From positions 43,862,003 to 43,926,002 of the forward strand of contig JASCQW010000133.1 of NCBI GenBank assembly GCA_030264375.1: a stretch of 64,000 nt of DNA, given 5' to 3'. A model generated the notes under the pieces. That model ran no database searches. It had not been told where the DNA came from and worked only from the letters and a program-made list of their open reading frames with translations. The number at the start of each line of letters is the position of its first letter. Position 1 is the first letter of the stretch. The DNA is from Carcharhinus longimanus. Lineage: Eukaryota. Both the position numbers and the translations under genes were made by a program. This document shows, in pieces, positions 49,555 through 63,900 of this stretch.

Positions 49555-50899
49555 CTGGGGAAGAAAATTTGATCATTAGTTCACATAAGACACAAGCAGA
49601 ACAATAAAAATACAGATATATTCATGTGCTGGGACTAAAACAAAGCAATACTGTTTCCTGTGCAATTTTTACTGCAAATGTGTTGCAACAATCCTGAGCC
49701 AAGTAATTTCACATAAATCATTTTCTTCATTTGAAGCAAAACTGGCAGAGATATTCAGTCTCATTGGACAATATTATTCCTTGTGCTATTTTTAATAAAA
49801 CTTGAGCAATTTTCAATTCAAGAAATATGATAGGAAATGGAGTTTAAAATTTCAATGGGAATATTCTTTTGTGATCTTGTAATCTTTAGTACTGGGCAAC
49901 TATAGTAATAACAAGTTAGAATGAGATAATAGAAATAATCCCTCTGATTATTTCAACAGTATTTAGTCCATTTGCAAGTGCCTCCTCTCCACTGCATTAT
50001 TTGGATGTGTTGAAGGTGTGCTAAGTTGAGTTGGCTTGCTTACAATTAGATAAATTTCAATCATCTCCTGGAAGATCTAATCTGAAACATCTTTGTGCTT
50101 TTTGGTCCACTTTGTTACTTTGAACTGAAAATCTGGAAACTGACGTCAGGTTGACTCATCTCCACAGTTACGTGGTACAAAACACCAAGTAACCATGAAC
50201 AATATAGCAGTTAACTGTGCTGTGCAAATAATGCAACATTTAACTGAAGTATGCTTTGAAAACTTTCAAATGTAGCCACTTAAAACAAATATAGCCAAGA
50301 GTATTACATCTTAAATATACTCCCAACTTCTAGACATGTTCAAGGAAATCTAAGATGACATTTCCTCAGATGAAGAGTCATTTTCTACCATTACTTTAAT
50401 GCTATCATTGTAATGAAAAGTTAAATTATTTTGCAGTTAGTTTAATATATCAGGCTGTGCCATTGTACAGAGTTGTGCACTTCTTTTATTTGGATACTTA
50501 TTTTTCTTTCTAAAGTTAATTGGCCCACAGTAATTTATTTGTGGACAGACAAATTTAACTTTATGATTTTCCACTAGCCTGGATGACATCTGTTAGTGAA
50601 GCCAGTACATTCTGAGACTGCAAAATCCAAACTGAAATCAGAGCACAGACAGTTTCTGTGGCGATCTGGGCATGTTAATGAAACAATTGCTGTGTTTATG
50701 TTTAATGTAGCATTGGTCAAATCAAAAGGCAAAACATTCAGGCTAATGTGAGCTTCTGTCCTCTTGGTTTAGAGGAATGAGTAAATGACAACTGGCAGCA
50801 TTTTTTGAAAAGACTGGCAAGAGCTATAAATATAAGGGAACAAAATGAACAATTTTTCTTCTGCCTGGCTCAAGTCAAGTTTGCAGAACCACGAAAAAG

Positions 50900-53040
50900 A
50901 TATAGCACAGAGAAGAGCCATTCAGCCCATCATGTCAGTGCTGGCCAAAGAGAAAAAGGTAGCTGTTCATTTTAATCTCATTTTCCAGCACCTGACCTGT
51001 AGCCTTGCAGGTTAGAGCACTTCAGGTACCAATCCAGAATCTTTTAAATGAGTTGAGTGTTTCAGCCTCAGTGAATTCCAGACACTCACCATCCAGTGGG
51101 TGAAAATGAATTTTCTCATGTCCTTCTACCAATCACCTTAAATCTATGTCCTGGGTAATTAACTCTCTGGCACGGGTAACAGGTCTTTCCTGTCTTCCCT
51201 GTTTGGGCACCTCATAATTTTGCACATCTCAATTAAGTCACCCTTCAGCCTCTCTGTTCTAAGGAAAATAACCCTAGTCTATTCAATATCCAAAAGAGAA
51301 AATGCTGGAAAATTCAGCAGGTTTGCAGCATCTATAAGGAGAGAAAAGAGCTGACATTTTGAGTCCAAATGACCCTTTGTCAAAGCTAGCCTATTCTAGT
51401 CTATCCAATCTCTCCTCATAGCTGCAGTTTTGAAGCCCTGAGACAACATTCTTGGAAATCTCCTCTGTACTTTCTCCACAGCAATTATGTCCTTTCTGTA
51501 AGACCAGAAACCCAGCTATTGCAGCTACAGGAGTAGGTAAGAGGCTAGGAATCCTGTGGTGAGTTACTCACCTCCTGACTCCCCAAAGCCTGTCCACCAA
51601 GTACAAGGTACAAGTCACGATTGTGATGGAATACTCTCCACTTGCCTGGATGAATGCAGCTCCAACAACACCCAAGAAGCATGACACCATCCAGTACAAA
51701 GCAGCCCACTTGATTGGCATCCTTCCACAAACATTCATTCCCTCCACCACCAATGAACAGTGGCAATAGTGTGTGCCATCTACAAGATGCATTGCAAAAG
51801 CTCACTAGGCTACATAGGCAGCAGTGTCCAAACCCATGGGAGCTTCCATTTAAAAAGACAAGGTTGGCAGATACATGGGAACACCACCACCTGAAAGTTC
51901 CCACCCAAGTCATTCACCATCGAGACTTGAAAATAGATCACCACTCCTTCAGTGTCACTGGGCCAAAATCCTGGAACTTCCTCCCTAACAGCACTGTGGA
52001 TGTACCTACACTACATAGACTGCAGCAGTACCACCTTCTCACGGGCAATGAGGAATAGACAATAAATTCTGGCATAGCCAACCACACCCACATTCAACAA
52101 ATTTTAAAAATGATGAGCAGAACTGTACAAAAAATTCCATCTATGGCCTAATTAGTGTTTTATACAGTCCCGTTATTTCATTCCTGCTTTTGTATTCAAT
52201 ATGTCTTCCAATATAGGGAAGAATTCCAAATGCTTTCTTTACCACCTGCCAGGAACCTCTGGAGATGCACTCCAAGGTATCTTGCTTCCTCTATCCTCTG
52301 TGTGTTTCCTAACTTTGTTTGCCTTTTCCAAAAGCATCACCTCAAATCTCTGGATTGAATTCTATTTGTCACATTTCCACCTACTCAACTAAATCATTAA
52401 TATTATTCAGGAGATCCTCTTCAATATCAGCTATAGGGCCAATGTTTGTGTCACTTGCAAATTTTCCAATCATGCCTCCCATATTTAAGTCCAAATCATT
52501 TATATATACAACAAACAGCGAGGACCCAAACACTGAGGGCTGTGGAATGCCATCGGAAAATCATTTTGCATTCGCAAAAGTATCCATCGAATATTATTTA
52601 ATAAAAGCAAATTACTGCAGATGCTGGATCTGAAAACAAAAAAGAAAATGCTGGAAAACCTCAGCAGGTCTGGCAGCATCTGTGAGGAGAGAAAAGGACT
52701 GAAGAGCTGACAATGAGTCCAGATGACCCTTTGTTAAAGCTAAAAGGCATAGAAAGTGGGAGATATTTATACTGCAGGGTGAGGGAAAGAAAAATGAGTC
52801 ATAGCTACAGAATATTACCCTTTGCTTTGGATCACTGAGACTTGTTTGTTCTCTTTGTTCTTTGAGACAATTCTGCATTCACCTTGCCATTTTCCCCTGT
52901 ATTGGGGCGGGGGGGGTTTACATTTCTGACCAGTCTGTCATATGAGATCTTGTTAAATGCCTTATTAAAATCCATAAGGACAACATTCAGTGCATTACCC
53001 TCTTCAATCCTCTTTGTTACTTCCTCAGTTACTAAGTTAG
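50900..53040. mobile_element. Nested cluster: old minus-strand CR1 interrupted by Penelope-derived repeats and a plus-strand LINE 3' end (51540-52095)
   Basis: CR1 3' motifs (gccattcagcccat, cacttgcaaatttt, gaggacccaaacactga) interrupted by TPQSLSTKYKVQV..MEYSPLAWMNA LINE segment. Confidence 0.65.
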
Positions 53041-53359
53041 TTCATTTTACACCCTGGGCATCAGCCAAGTTCTGTAGAACTTAATCAGAAAGCTTTGTTT
53101 GCAGCACAGCTTTTACAATTACTCATTCTAAGAAGCAGAATGCCAGAACTTAATTCCTACTTTGAACATTTTACAATGTACATAAAGTTGCAGACTATAA
53201 AGATACATATCATAAATAGATGAGTCAGTTGGAGCATGTCACAGATGATGGAAACAGTTTAACATCTGCCAAAAATATATTTCTCATATAATTATAAGTC
53301 AGAACCATTACTGGCTGTATTATAAAGCTGCAACAAGTAATGAAGCTACTGCATAATTT

Positions 53360-53870
53360 TATCTTGCACTTTTACAATGTCTTTTAACGTAGTAAAATGT
53401 CCCAAGGCACATCACAGGAGTGATATCAAACTAAATTTGACAACAAGCCATATAGAAATATTAAAATATTAAACATTTGGTCAAAGATGTGGATTTTAAT
53501 GGAGCACCTTCTGGGAAGACGGAGCAGTGGTGAGGTTTATAGAAAGAATTCCAGAACTCATATCCTGGACAGCTGAAGGCATGGCAGCCAATAAAGGGTG
53601 GAGAAGGAAGAGAGAAAATGGAAACTGACAAATGGACAGAATTGGAGAAGACAGAGTGAGCAAAGGATGCAGGACGGAACATCAAGATAAAAATGTTAAA
53701 TTTCAGTTGCTGTTGGATCGGGGCCAACGTGAGCGAGTGAGCACAAGGGAGATGGGGGACTGGGGCTTAGTGGAATTCAGGATAACAGCAGCAGAGTTTT
53801 GGATGAGCTCAAGTTTTTGGCAGGTGGAAGAGGTGAGGCTGGATGAATATGTTAGCTGCAGATGGATGTT
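53360..53870 (-). mobile_element. L2-type LINE 3' fragment
   Basis: gaattccagaac..ctgaaggca, cagagttttggatgagct; similar fragments at 59625-60040, 10580-10830 and 56200-56480. Confidence 0.6.
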
Positions 53871-54234
53871 GACGGCAGACTAACAGTAGCAGTTTCTTAT
53901 GGGTCTGGATGAAATACTTTGGTTTCACAGAACTACTGTATGAAATCAACCTTTAGTCTAGATTTCAATATTAAACAGGTAGCAAATGATAGTTTCAGAA
54001 AGGTTAAATGGTTTGAGATAAGAAAGCAGATCTTGTGCTTGGGTGAGTACGAGTGTTCAAAAAATTAGAAGGCTTTGGCTTTAGCAAACTTTCACTCACT
54101 AATGGTGAACCTTGGTTCAAATCTGGCCCCAAACTAATTTTCTCGGTTAAAGACCCTATGCAAGATGAGTTTTACGTCTCAATGCAGTGCTTAGTGTGCA
54201 CTGTACCTGCACAAAGTAGTCCCTATTTTTTTCA

Positions 54235-54520
54235 ATTCATAGAGTCATACAATTAACAGCATGGAAACAGGCCCTTCAGCTCAACTTATCCATGCTGCCC
54301 TTTTCTTTTTAAGCTAGTCCCAATTGCCCGCATTTGGCCCATATCCCTCTACACCCATCTTAACCATGTAATCGTCTAAATGCTTTTTAAAAGACAAAAT
54401 TGTACCTGCCTCTGGCAGCTTGTTCCAGACACTCACCAGCCTCTTGTGAAAGAATTGCCCCTCTGGACCCTTTTGTATTCCACCCCTCTCACCTTAAACC
54501 TATGCCCTCTAGATTTCAGA
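54235..54520 (-). mobile_element. CR1 3' UTR fragment
   Basis: catagagtcatac..gaaacaggcccttc..ccatatccctct..ccttaaacctatgccctctag. Confidence 0.75.
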
Positions 54521-54747
54521 GGTCACTTTTGTGGGAAATGAGAAAATGCCATGCTACTGCAGAATGAGGTACTCAAAGACAGAGGTTGTGAGCTATACAA
54601 GGACAGAATTGCATTACACCTGACGTGGGAGTACTCACGTGTTGATACTGAGAGAGAAATAGAAAGTGGCCTAGTCATTAGCACACTATCTACAGTACAA
54701 ATAAAACACGTGGCTTCTGAACCCAATGCAATCCCCTCCCTGCTTAC

Positions 54748-55111
54748 CTGATACTATTAAAACTGCTGAAAGGGATCTGGTGGTGAATCTGGTGATGTAC
54801 AGGAGGCTTCGTGTGAATCTGAGACAGAGGGTAGTGCTGCAGTTGTGGCTGTAACTGTGGCGTTGGCTGTCTTGGTTGCGGTTGTGCCTGGTAAATGGTT
54901 TCCTTCACTGTTGGACTCACTGTGCTATTGGAAGCACACGCTGAAGAAGCTGGAGGTACCACAGCAGCTGGAGGGCTTGGCAGCAGTGGCACAAAGGGTG
55001 TCTCTTTGCTCTGTTCCTGGCTACGTTCTAGTCCAGAAACCTTGGAAACACCTGGTCCCTTTGTTTCAGGTTTCTCATTCAATGTCAAACTGCTTCCAGT
55101 GAAGCTTGAAC
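54748..55111 (-). CDS. FBRSL1: FBRSL1-like coding exon (AUTS2 exon 7 equivalent), first exon visible in window
   Basis: Acceptor ttttctag|GT, donor AG|gtaagc; 364 nt, phase 1 to 2; encodes ...GPGVSKVSGLERSQEQSKE..., the conserved KxSGLERS motif of AUTS2/FBRSL1. Confidence 0.88.
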
Positions 55112-56529
55112 CTAGAAAATTAGAGAAGAGCAAAACCTTTACTGAAGTGTTTATGCAGTACATTTCCATGCTTAACCATCATCAGCTGATTCCAGCTCTC
55201 TGAGGAATAAAGTCAGCTTTAATAACTCACTCCTAATTATTGTTAAACGCCTGTCGATTCAGGTCTTCGCCAAGCACATTCTAGCATAAAATGATTATGT
55301 TGCAGTGCAACTCTGAAAAGTTCACAGCCTTTTCCCACTGTGCACTGATCAAAATCCTCAGCTCATTCATGCCTATTAATATTTAAGGATTAATTAAATG
55401 TAGAGGTTTTATCACAAACTTAATAGCGTTTCCCACAATTTATTTAAAAAAAACTACCTGTTTAAACCGTCAAGGAGGCCAATCTTACAGCCCTGCGGTC
55501 CAGGCATAATCCATTTGCACAAATTACAATCAAATGAATATGAGGGAAGCAAAGTGGCATGGATATTAACACTAATTGTTGTCTAGCCGCAAACAGCACA
55601 TCCTTGCTGCAATTTACTTAATGAAAATCTGTTTAGTTTAATTGCTTTGACACTGTTCTCTTTATCTCAATGAATGCATGTATCAAGCTAGCTTTACCGG
55701 CCTTGCTTCTGCAGTAATAGTCTAAAGGATGAACTAACAGGCAGTGAGGCCTGTGTTTACATCCCGGGCCTAATCTCTTCATTCAATGGAAATCACATTC
55801 CAGCTGGCTTAGCACGCTCAGAGTTAGGGAATCCTAAGTACACAAAGGCAAGCAGAATGAAAAACATGTTTAAGACAAGAGTTAAACTTTTAAGTATTAA
55901 GGGACCTTTGCAGCAAAGCTTATTAAGTTTTAACAGTTCACCATTTACTGCACTGTTTGAGCTAACTTTTAATTTATTTTTCCCACATTTTAAAACAATT
56001 AATCACAATAGTTCTTGTTATATTTCTATACAATCCTATAAAACATGATCACTTCCATGATCTTATTATTAATTGATGGCATTCACATTCTGACTAACCA
56101 ACATGTACTCATTCCTTCGTTTGCTGAACCCTTGCTAGGAAAAGCAAACTTGTAGATAATTTCTGACTGATATTAGAACTTTTCATTTGGGGAACCTTAC
56201 CTACACACTGGAATCCTGCCTCTGCCAGTCACAATTTTTAATATCCCAGATGTTTTACAGCGCTTCTGCCAATGGTGTACATTTATAGTTTGATTCCCAT
56301 GCATTGCAATTCCCTCCTTGAACCTCTCCATCTTCCTCTCCTTCTTTAAGGCTCTCCTCATAAACCCATCACTTTGTTATAATTTTTAGACATCCCTCTT
56401 AATAGCTCCTTTATCCATTTTTGTTTGATTACATTTCTGCGAAAGGCCTTGGAAAATTGTGACATTTCAAGTGCTTTGGAAATGTAACTTCTAGAAACAG
56501 TAGCCCAATAAGCAAATAGAAACACAATC

Positions 56530-56531
<2 letters not shown>

Positions 56532-56560
<29 letters not shown>
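56532..56560 (+). repeat. (TG)n microsatellite
   Basis: About 14 perfect TG units. Confidence 0.97.
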
Positions 56561-56565
<5 letters not shown>

Positions 56566-56717
56566 CCTCCAGGCTCTTCTCAATTTGGATGATGCAGTCC
56601 AATTACTGGTCCAGTGCACCTTCCAAGCAGGTAGATTCACGTAACCTGCCCTCTGTGTTTAATGAGCCAGATTTTAAACGATGGCTAAACCAACAGCAAC
56701 TTGTACAACTACAATAT

Positions 56718-57006
56718 GGGCAGCATGATGGCACAGTGGTTAGCATTGCTGCCTCACAGCACTAGGGACCTGGGTTCAATTTCCGACTTGGGTCACTGTC
56801 TGTGTGGAGTTTGCACATTCTCCCTGTGTCTGCGTTGGTTTTCTACAGGTGCTCCGGTTTCCTCCCACAGTTTAAAGATGTGGGAGTTAGGTGGAATGGA
56901 CATACTAAGTTCTCCTTCAGTGTACCCGAACAGGTGCCAGAGTGTGGTGACTAGGGGATTTTCATAGTAACTTCACTACAGTGTTAATGTAAGCCTATTT
57001 GTGACT
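56718..57006 (+). mobile_element. V-SINE (type-b tail)
   Basis: Full head, V-domain and tail cagtgtacccgaacagg..gtaacttca..tgtgact. Confidence 0.9.
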
Positions 57007-60000
57007 GTGCTGCAATGAAGAGAGTATAACAGCTTCACTTAATGACTGCATCAACAAGATGTTCATATTTTTAATCGCTGGAAATCCAAAACAGTATCTG
57101 TAAACTGCATCTGTTGTTCTGATAGAAAGTATTAGCTTCTGTCAGAACACAGTGCAAACTGGACCATGCATCTCANNNNNNNNNNNNNNNNNNNNNNNNN
57201 NNNNNNNNNNNNNNNNNNNNNNNNNNNNNNNNNNNNNNNNNNNNNNNNNNNNNNNNNNNNNNNNNNNNNNNNNNNAAAACAGTATCTGTAAACTGCATCT
57301 GTTGTTCTGATAGAAAGTATTAGCTTCTGTCAGAACACAGTGCAAACTGGAGCATGCATCTCAATTATATATCTGTTTACAGCAGAATATTAATTTTTCA
57401 AGGCAGAGCCAAGTTTGATAACATTTGAGGCCTTGCATCTTCTGCAAACTCAGTGACCTATGCAATCTCCAAAATGCATTTTTTACTTTTTACAAAATTA
57501 CATTGGCAGTGAAAAAGAGTACTTCCTTCCCAAAGAAGCAACAGAAATATAGAAAACAGAAAATTAGAGAATAGGATAAAAGCAAAATACTGCGGATGCT
57601 GGAATCTGAAACAAAAACAGAAAATGCTGAAAAATTTCAGCAGGTCTGACAGCATCTGAGGGGCCAACGTGTCAAAACTGGATGACTCTTTGTCAGAACA
57701 AAGAGCAAAGAAAATCAGAAAAGATTTATATTGTGAGGGTGAGGGTAAATAGTTTCTGGAAGAGAAGTGTTGAGGTGTCCGCTACACTTGTGCTTTCGGA
57801 TTTGTTGGAAGTCCTGACCCTATACAAGTGTTGCTATTGCCCATAAAGTTTGAACTTTCAATGGTTTGATTTGCGCTGCCCAAAACCTTCATAAATGTCT
57901 CATACACGAGTCTGTGCTGGGAGACATAACTCAACTTACTCCGATCTTTACCATATTACCCTACTTGATCTCTGGTGTAATGCAGTGTTTAATAGCATAA
58001 TTCAACCCACCACCTCAACTAACATCCTCACCAAATCGACTATCGACCACCCCGACTTGTCTGCTCACCCTCCACTGAATTGATTGCCCAACTCCCCTGA
58101 TTCCCCAGTGATCTTACAGCCCATCCCTGCAAACAACCCACACAACTGACAGAACTGCCTCATACCCAACATCCAAACCCAACACCTGCTCACTCACTCA
58201 AAACCTTTGACATTTTTGAAACACTTCACTGAATATAGCCGCCGATGTTATAAAAATGGCCGAGTCCTCTCCAGTGCTCCTCTTCGCCTGTATTTCGTGT
58301 GGATGATTGAGTTAAAGCATCACTGCTACAGCTGGGACAGGATATCCCAGCTGGAAGGACGCAAAAAGGTCCAGGTGTAGCAAACTTCACAGTCAGCGGC
58401 AATTGCCCCAGCCTGCATCACCGCTGACGGGAAAATTTGGACTAATATATCCAAAAGATCTAAATCATCTTGAAAGCGTGGAGANNNNNNNNNNCAGCTT
58501 TCGTCAACCACTGACTATACATTGCACTTGTAACACATTCAAAATTAAGCATTAGATCATCATAATTAGCTAGTTCAAGCTTTGTAGATTAATGATTGCA
58601 CGTACAAAGATCGCGGGATACTTCAACTTTGATGTGATGATTAACGATGATCTCGATATCCTTTGCCCTTAGTTCACATCTTTATAAAGTGTTCACATTT
58701 AAAATGGATCTGTTCTGTTGTGAATCAGTGCATCAAGCCATCTATTATACAACAGCTGCAATCCAGTCTTCTCATCCTTTTCATGGCCTTTGAATAGTTA
58801 GTCAGCCAGCCAGCTAACAATCTAAATGTCTTGGAAACAGCTGCCACAACCACTTATTATTGTTAAGTTGCGTCTGGCATGTAGGAAAATCTGGAGAACT
58901 ACTGTGAGAGCTATGAATTTGTTTCCAGCCACTGTTCTAAACAAAACTCTTGGTATCCCGTGAAAACAAAACTGTGTCAAAATATAACTCATTTGCATAT
59001 CTTTTCAAGGGCCGAATGCAGGGAGAATAATTCAAGAAAAACAGTAGTTACAAAGACATATTTGGTAATTTAATTGCTGAATATCAGCATCTGCAATGCC
59101 TTATCTCATAGAATACAAAAGAAATGACAAGAGAGCTCTAAGCCTAACTCTAAAATCCAACAATGAGCAAAAGATGCATCAAATTCATCATTTGATGAAT
59201 GTGATGTACAAAGGTTAGAATTCTGCATTATTTGATATTGTATGTGCATAGGATATCAACCATGTTCAGGATTTCACAATCTGTGCTTTAACAAATTTTA
59301 ACAGCACAAAGTAAATGATGCTATTTTAGTCTGGACTTGGTCCACTGTTAGGTGTTCAACTCTATTGAGAACAGTACCAGACTTGCCTGAATGTGCAAAA
59401 TAAATATTGGAAACATTATCTAATGGCAAGTTGTTAATATTTTGTAGCAGAGAACTTTTAGTTAGTGTCTTTAAAATAGCAAGCGATTGCCTCACAGAAG
59501 CAATAGTTTATCACCAATCCTCACNNNNNNNNNNNNNNNNNNNNNNNNNNNNNNNNNNNNNNNNNNNNNNNNNNNNNNNNNNNNNNNNNNNNNNNNNNNN
59601 NNNNNNNNNNNNNNNNNNNNNNNNCCTCACAAGAAGATATCAGGGTCGATGAACGAAGGCTTGGTCAAAGAGATAGCTTTAAGAAGTGCTTAAACAAGGA
59701 AAGAGAAGTCGGAGGAATTTAGGAAGGGATTTCCAGAGATTAAGAGCCTTAGATAGCTGAAGACACGTGATGCCAATGGTGGAATGTTTAAAATCAGCAA
59801 TCCTCAGAGGCCAGAATTGGAGGAGAGTTGGTATCTTGAAAGGTTGTAGGATCAGAGGAGATTGCAGAAATAGAGAGGGGCAAGATAATGAAGGGATTTG
59901 AGAACAAGGATGTAAATTTTCAAAGTGGTGTTGCTGAACTAGGAATCCAGTGCCAGTCAGTGAGCATAAACATGCACAGAACGTGACTTGATGTGGGTTA

Positions 60001-60351
60001 GGGCAAGGGCAATAGATTTTTGGATAACTTTATGTTTATGAACACAGGACTATGGTACGTCTCACTCTCAATCCCCTGGAAACAGAGATTTGTATGATTC
60101 AGCCCAGACTCCCCCAAGAATAGCAGTAAGTTAGAGTTCTGATTAGCCATTTGTTTAGTCTTAAAAGTATTGATTAATGCTGTTAAATTTATGAAGCAGA
60201 TCTCACAATGGAGTTAGTTGAATTAAAAGGTTTTAGAAGCAGAGTCTGATTCTTAACCTTCAAGGGCACTTGAATTTTAAGCATTCCTGCCAAAATATTT
60301 GACTGCATGCACTAGAGTTTACCAAACCCTGGAGATCCAAGATCCCAGTTT

Positions 60352-60952
60352 TTAGGTGTCCAGACCAACAACCAGTCCTGGTCTCCCCAAGCCAACACCA
60401 TGGTTAAGAAAGCCCACCAATGACTCTACTTTCTCAGAAATTTGGCATATCCACTACAACCCTCACCAACTTTTACAGAAGCACCATCAAAAGCATTATT
60501 TCTGGTTATATCACAGCTTGGTATGTTCCTGCTCTGCCCAAGACTGCAAGAAACTACAAAATGGTTGTGAATAAAACCGAGTCCACCAGCCTCCCATCCA
60601 CTAACTCTGTCTACACTTCCCGCTGCCGTGGAAAAGCGGCCAGCATAATCAAGGACCCCACACACCCTGGGCATACTCTCTTTCCATCTTCTTCTGACGG
60701 GAAAAAGGTACAAAAATCTGGGGCTACATACTAACTGACTCAAAAACATTTTCTTCCCTGCTGCCATCAGATTTTTGAACGGACCTACCTCGCAATAATT
60801 TGATCTTTCTCTTCATCCTAGTTATGACTGTAACATTACATTATGCACTCTTTTCTTTTTCTATGAACAGTATGCTTTGTCTGTATAGCACGCAAGAAAC
60901 AATACTTTTCACTGCATACTAATACATGTAACAATAATAAATGAAATCAAAT
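60352..60952 (+). mobile_element. Rex1/Babar-like LINE 3' end
   Basis: KFGISTTTLTNFYRSTIKSIISGYITAWY..KAASIIKDPTHPGHTLF (Rex1-type post-RT region) plus 3' UTR ending aataataaatgaaatc. Confidence 0.82.
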
Positions 60953-63900
60953 ATGGAACCATCACAAACTTCTACTTACATTTGGTATTTAACTAAATTA
61001 TAGCTCAGGAAAATAATTTATAGTTAAACTGGATAATAGGGTAGGAAATGAATGAGAGACAACTGTAGGCATTTCCCAATCTGAAGCAAAATTATTGATT
61101 TTCTTTCCCATTCCCTAAACAGCAAGTTATTAATCATTCCAATTAATGCATGCACTTAGCTCCCTAATGCATAAACTGAAGCATTATATCAATAGTTATG
61201 CCCCGAGAGTACTGTTGTGGCATACAATTACTGTATGTACTGTACCTGTACAATGTCCACTGACTACATTAGGGCTTTTAAACTTCAAAGTAACGGGCTT
61301 TAACAAGTGTACCAGATTTAATATTCCAAAGTTCATAAAACACAATCTAAATACGTAACACTTCATGCCATCACTAACTTGCAAACATCTGCAACTTATG
61401 TTCACAGTATCACATTCAAATTCCTTCTTGTACATCATCAAGTTAAGCATGAATGGTTTTGTATACAGACATCCTTGCAGGAGGAAGGTAAACATGGACA
61501 ATGTAGGATGAGCAATGGTCATGTCCTGCAGCCTTCCAGCTTTCTTTACAATGAACAGGCAAGTCTAAAGGTCCATTGTTTATTCAATCATATCTTAAAG
61601 TTCCACAATCACAGCTGTTTGCAAAGCACTTATCACAGGCCGGCATCATCAAGAATTCATTTGTTTTCAACCAAGGACATAAATATTTTGACTAATGTTG
61701 CCTCAATATAGCGATATGGTTGAATGGGCTTCATGTTTCCAACTATTTTCCAATCACACACACAGAGTTCTGTTAATAGGTAGGTATTCAGGGATGTTTG
61801 TCTCACACAATGAACTGGGTGCATGAGGAAGTTTAAAACCACAGATGGCTACCCAACTTTCAGCCACATTTCAGGCCAGTTAGATTCAAGTCAATCAACT
61901 ATGAAATTATTACAAGCTATAATGTTAATTAAAATGTTCCAATTGTTGTTATTCATAATATTTGTTGCAAGGCAGCTCCAGCTGATTGTTTACCTCTAGC
62001 CATGTGAAGGTTAAATGATAGCTGGGAAGCAATTTAACTTGGTGGATGGAAAAACACGTTACTAAGAAACTGGAAATACCTTAGTTTCATAGTCCCATTA
62101 GGACATCTAGACAATGTCAATGAGTGAGATACAATCTGAAGCAAAATCCAACCATTTACCTGCAACTGTCTAATTTTCTTCTATCAATAATAGCACTTGG
62201 AGTGTTCTGGTGAAAAACAAACAAACTAGAAAGGGGTAAAACACAACAATCTCTTCCTGTCACCAAGACAAAAGCTACAATTTCTAATGTTCTTGCCTGC
62301 TCTCACTGATTTACGTCTGCAGCATGAACAGCCAGCATGAACAAAACCATAAAGGAAACAAACTAATACCAATTACTTAATCAGAAAGACTTCTAAATTT
62401 ATTGCTTGTGACTTACAGACATCAAATTATACGTATTGCTGCATTCTTACAAAGCTGCTTAAATTTTCTGCTAATAAGGACTATAGTTGAAATTATTTTA
62501 TTTTGCAATGATCTTGAACTACAACATGCTTATTTGAGAAAATGACAATTACTTGCTGTACATCACATTAAGATTACATTGTTTAAATGTTTTACTTGAA
62601 TGTCGGTAGCAGTCTCCATGAATTAGTTGCTGGAATCTGGATTTGAACGTTTTTACCATTGAAAATCCAGTAATTTTAGAAATAATTTACCTTAAATGCT
62701 ATGCTTTGAAGCAGAGGCAGGGAGATTTGTTCCAGCGCTGTAGGAAGAATAAAGATAAGCAAACCTCTATTCCTCCTCACTTGAATTCAATGGGCAAATT
62801 CTGCAGGGAGATGGGTTTACAGAAGTCGTTCAAAGGCTGGATCAAATAGAAGCTCATCGATTGACTCAATAAATTACGTGTCACACATTGTTTCATTTCT
62901 TACAGCCAGCTGTAGGTGTACACTTTCTGGCTACCAACAGGTAACATATCAAAGCAGGTTGTGTCAGTTGTCAAAACTAGCAATGCTATCCTACACTGTC
63001 TCTGAAGGGACGATAAAGGGAAGAAAATGCGCACACAGGCATTGATTGCTGCCTTCTTTGCTACCACTGCGGCTGTCTGCAGGTGATATCTGCACGTATG
63101 ATGCTTTCATTGCTCTAAGTGCCCAGCTCAGGCAACCTGCATTCCATCCATCATCATTCATTAGGGAAGCTATTGGCACCCAATTAACTGGAGAGGGCAC
63201 AAGCCGTGAAACAAATCAGGATCAGTTCATCTTCCAACCTTCAGGCTGCAGGCAACTGGATTTCGCCACTGAGGACTGTCACATCTGGTTTCCTTCTCTA
63301 TAAACAACCCATTCTATAAGCTGTCAAAATGGATTTGGAACCAAATCAGAGTAATGCTGTAGTGACAGTGGCAAATAGCAGGAGTGTGCAAGGATGCAAG
63401 CATCTAAGGAACCAAAGTATTGGCTTAACTGAAGGACCATAAGAAACGTGACATGTGTTGCCCTGATGGCATGAAGACATTTTACTTTTCATTTGCTGCA
63501 TGATAAATAAATTCAACTATTGACGGTTTGAGTTTGTAAACAATTGTGGGAAGACACAGATGTTCACTTGCCATCAAATATAATTTTAGAGCATATTTTC
63601 CTTTGCATGCACCTGCCACAAAACAAACAGAATTATTCTGTCTGCCGTTGTATCTAATGTAGGAGACCTAGCTCAACGTGTGTTTAAAAGTCCTTGAATC
63701 TACTGGCTGCTCACTTTATATCAATATCTGAGCAGTAGAATCAAATATACAAGTTTGAATAAACCTCTTGCAGAATTGATCCTTTTAACATTTTACCTAC
63801 AAAGACTTTTACATTATTTTACTGTGAAGGAGGAGTGATGCAGTGGGTGGTGGGGGGAGATGAAGAACACTTAAAATATCTGGAAGAATTTAATTGCTTG

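Noticed and set aside
57088-57363. About 88-bp direct repeat either side of a 100-N gap
   Set aside because: Same assembly artefact pattern (one mismatch may be allelic)
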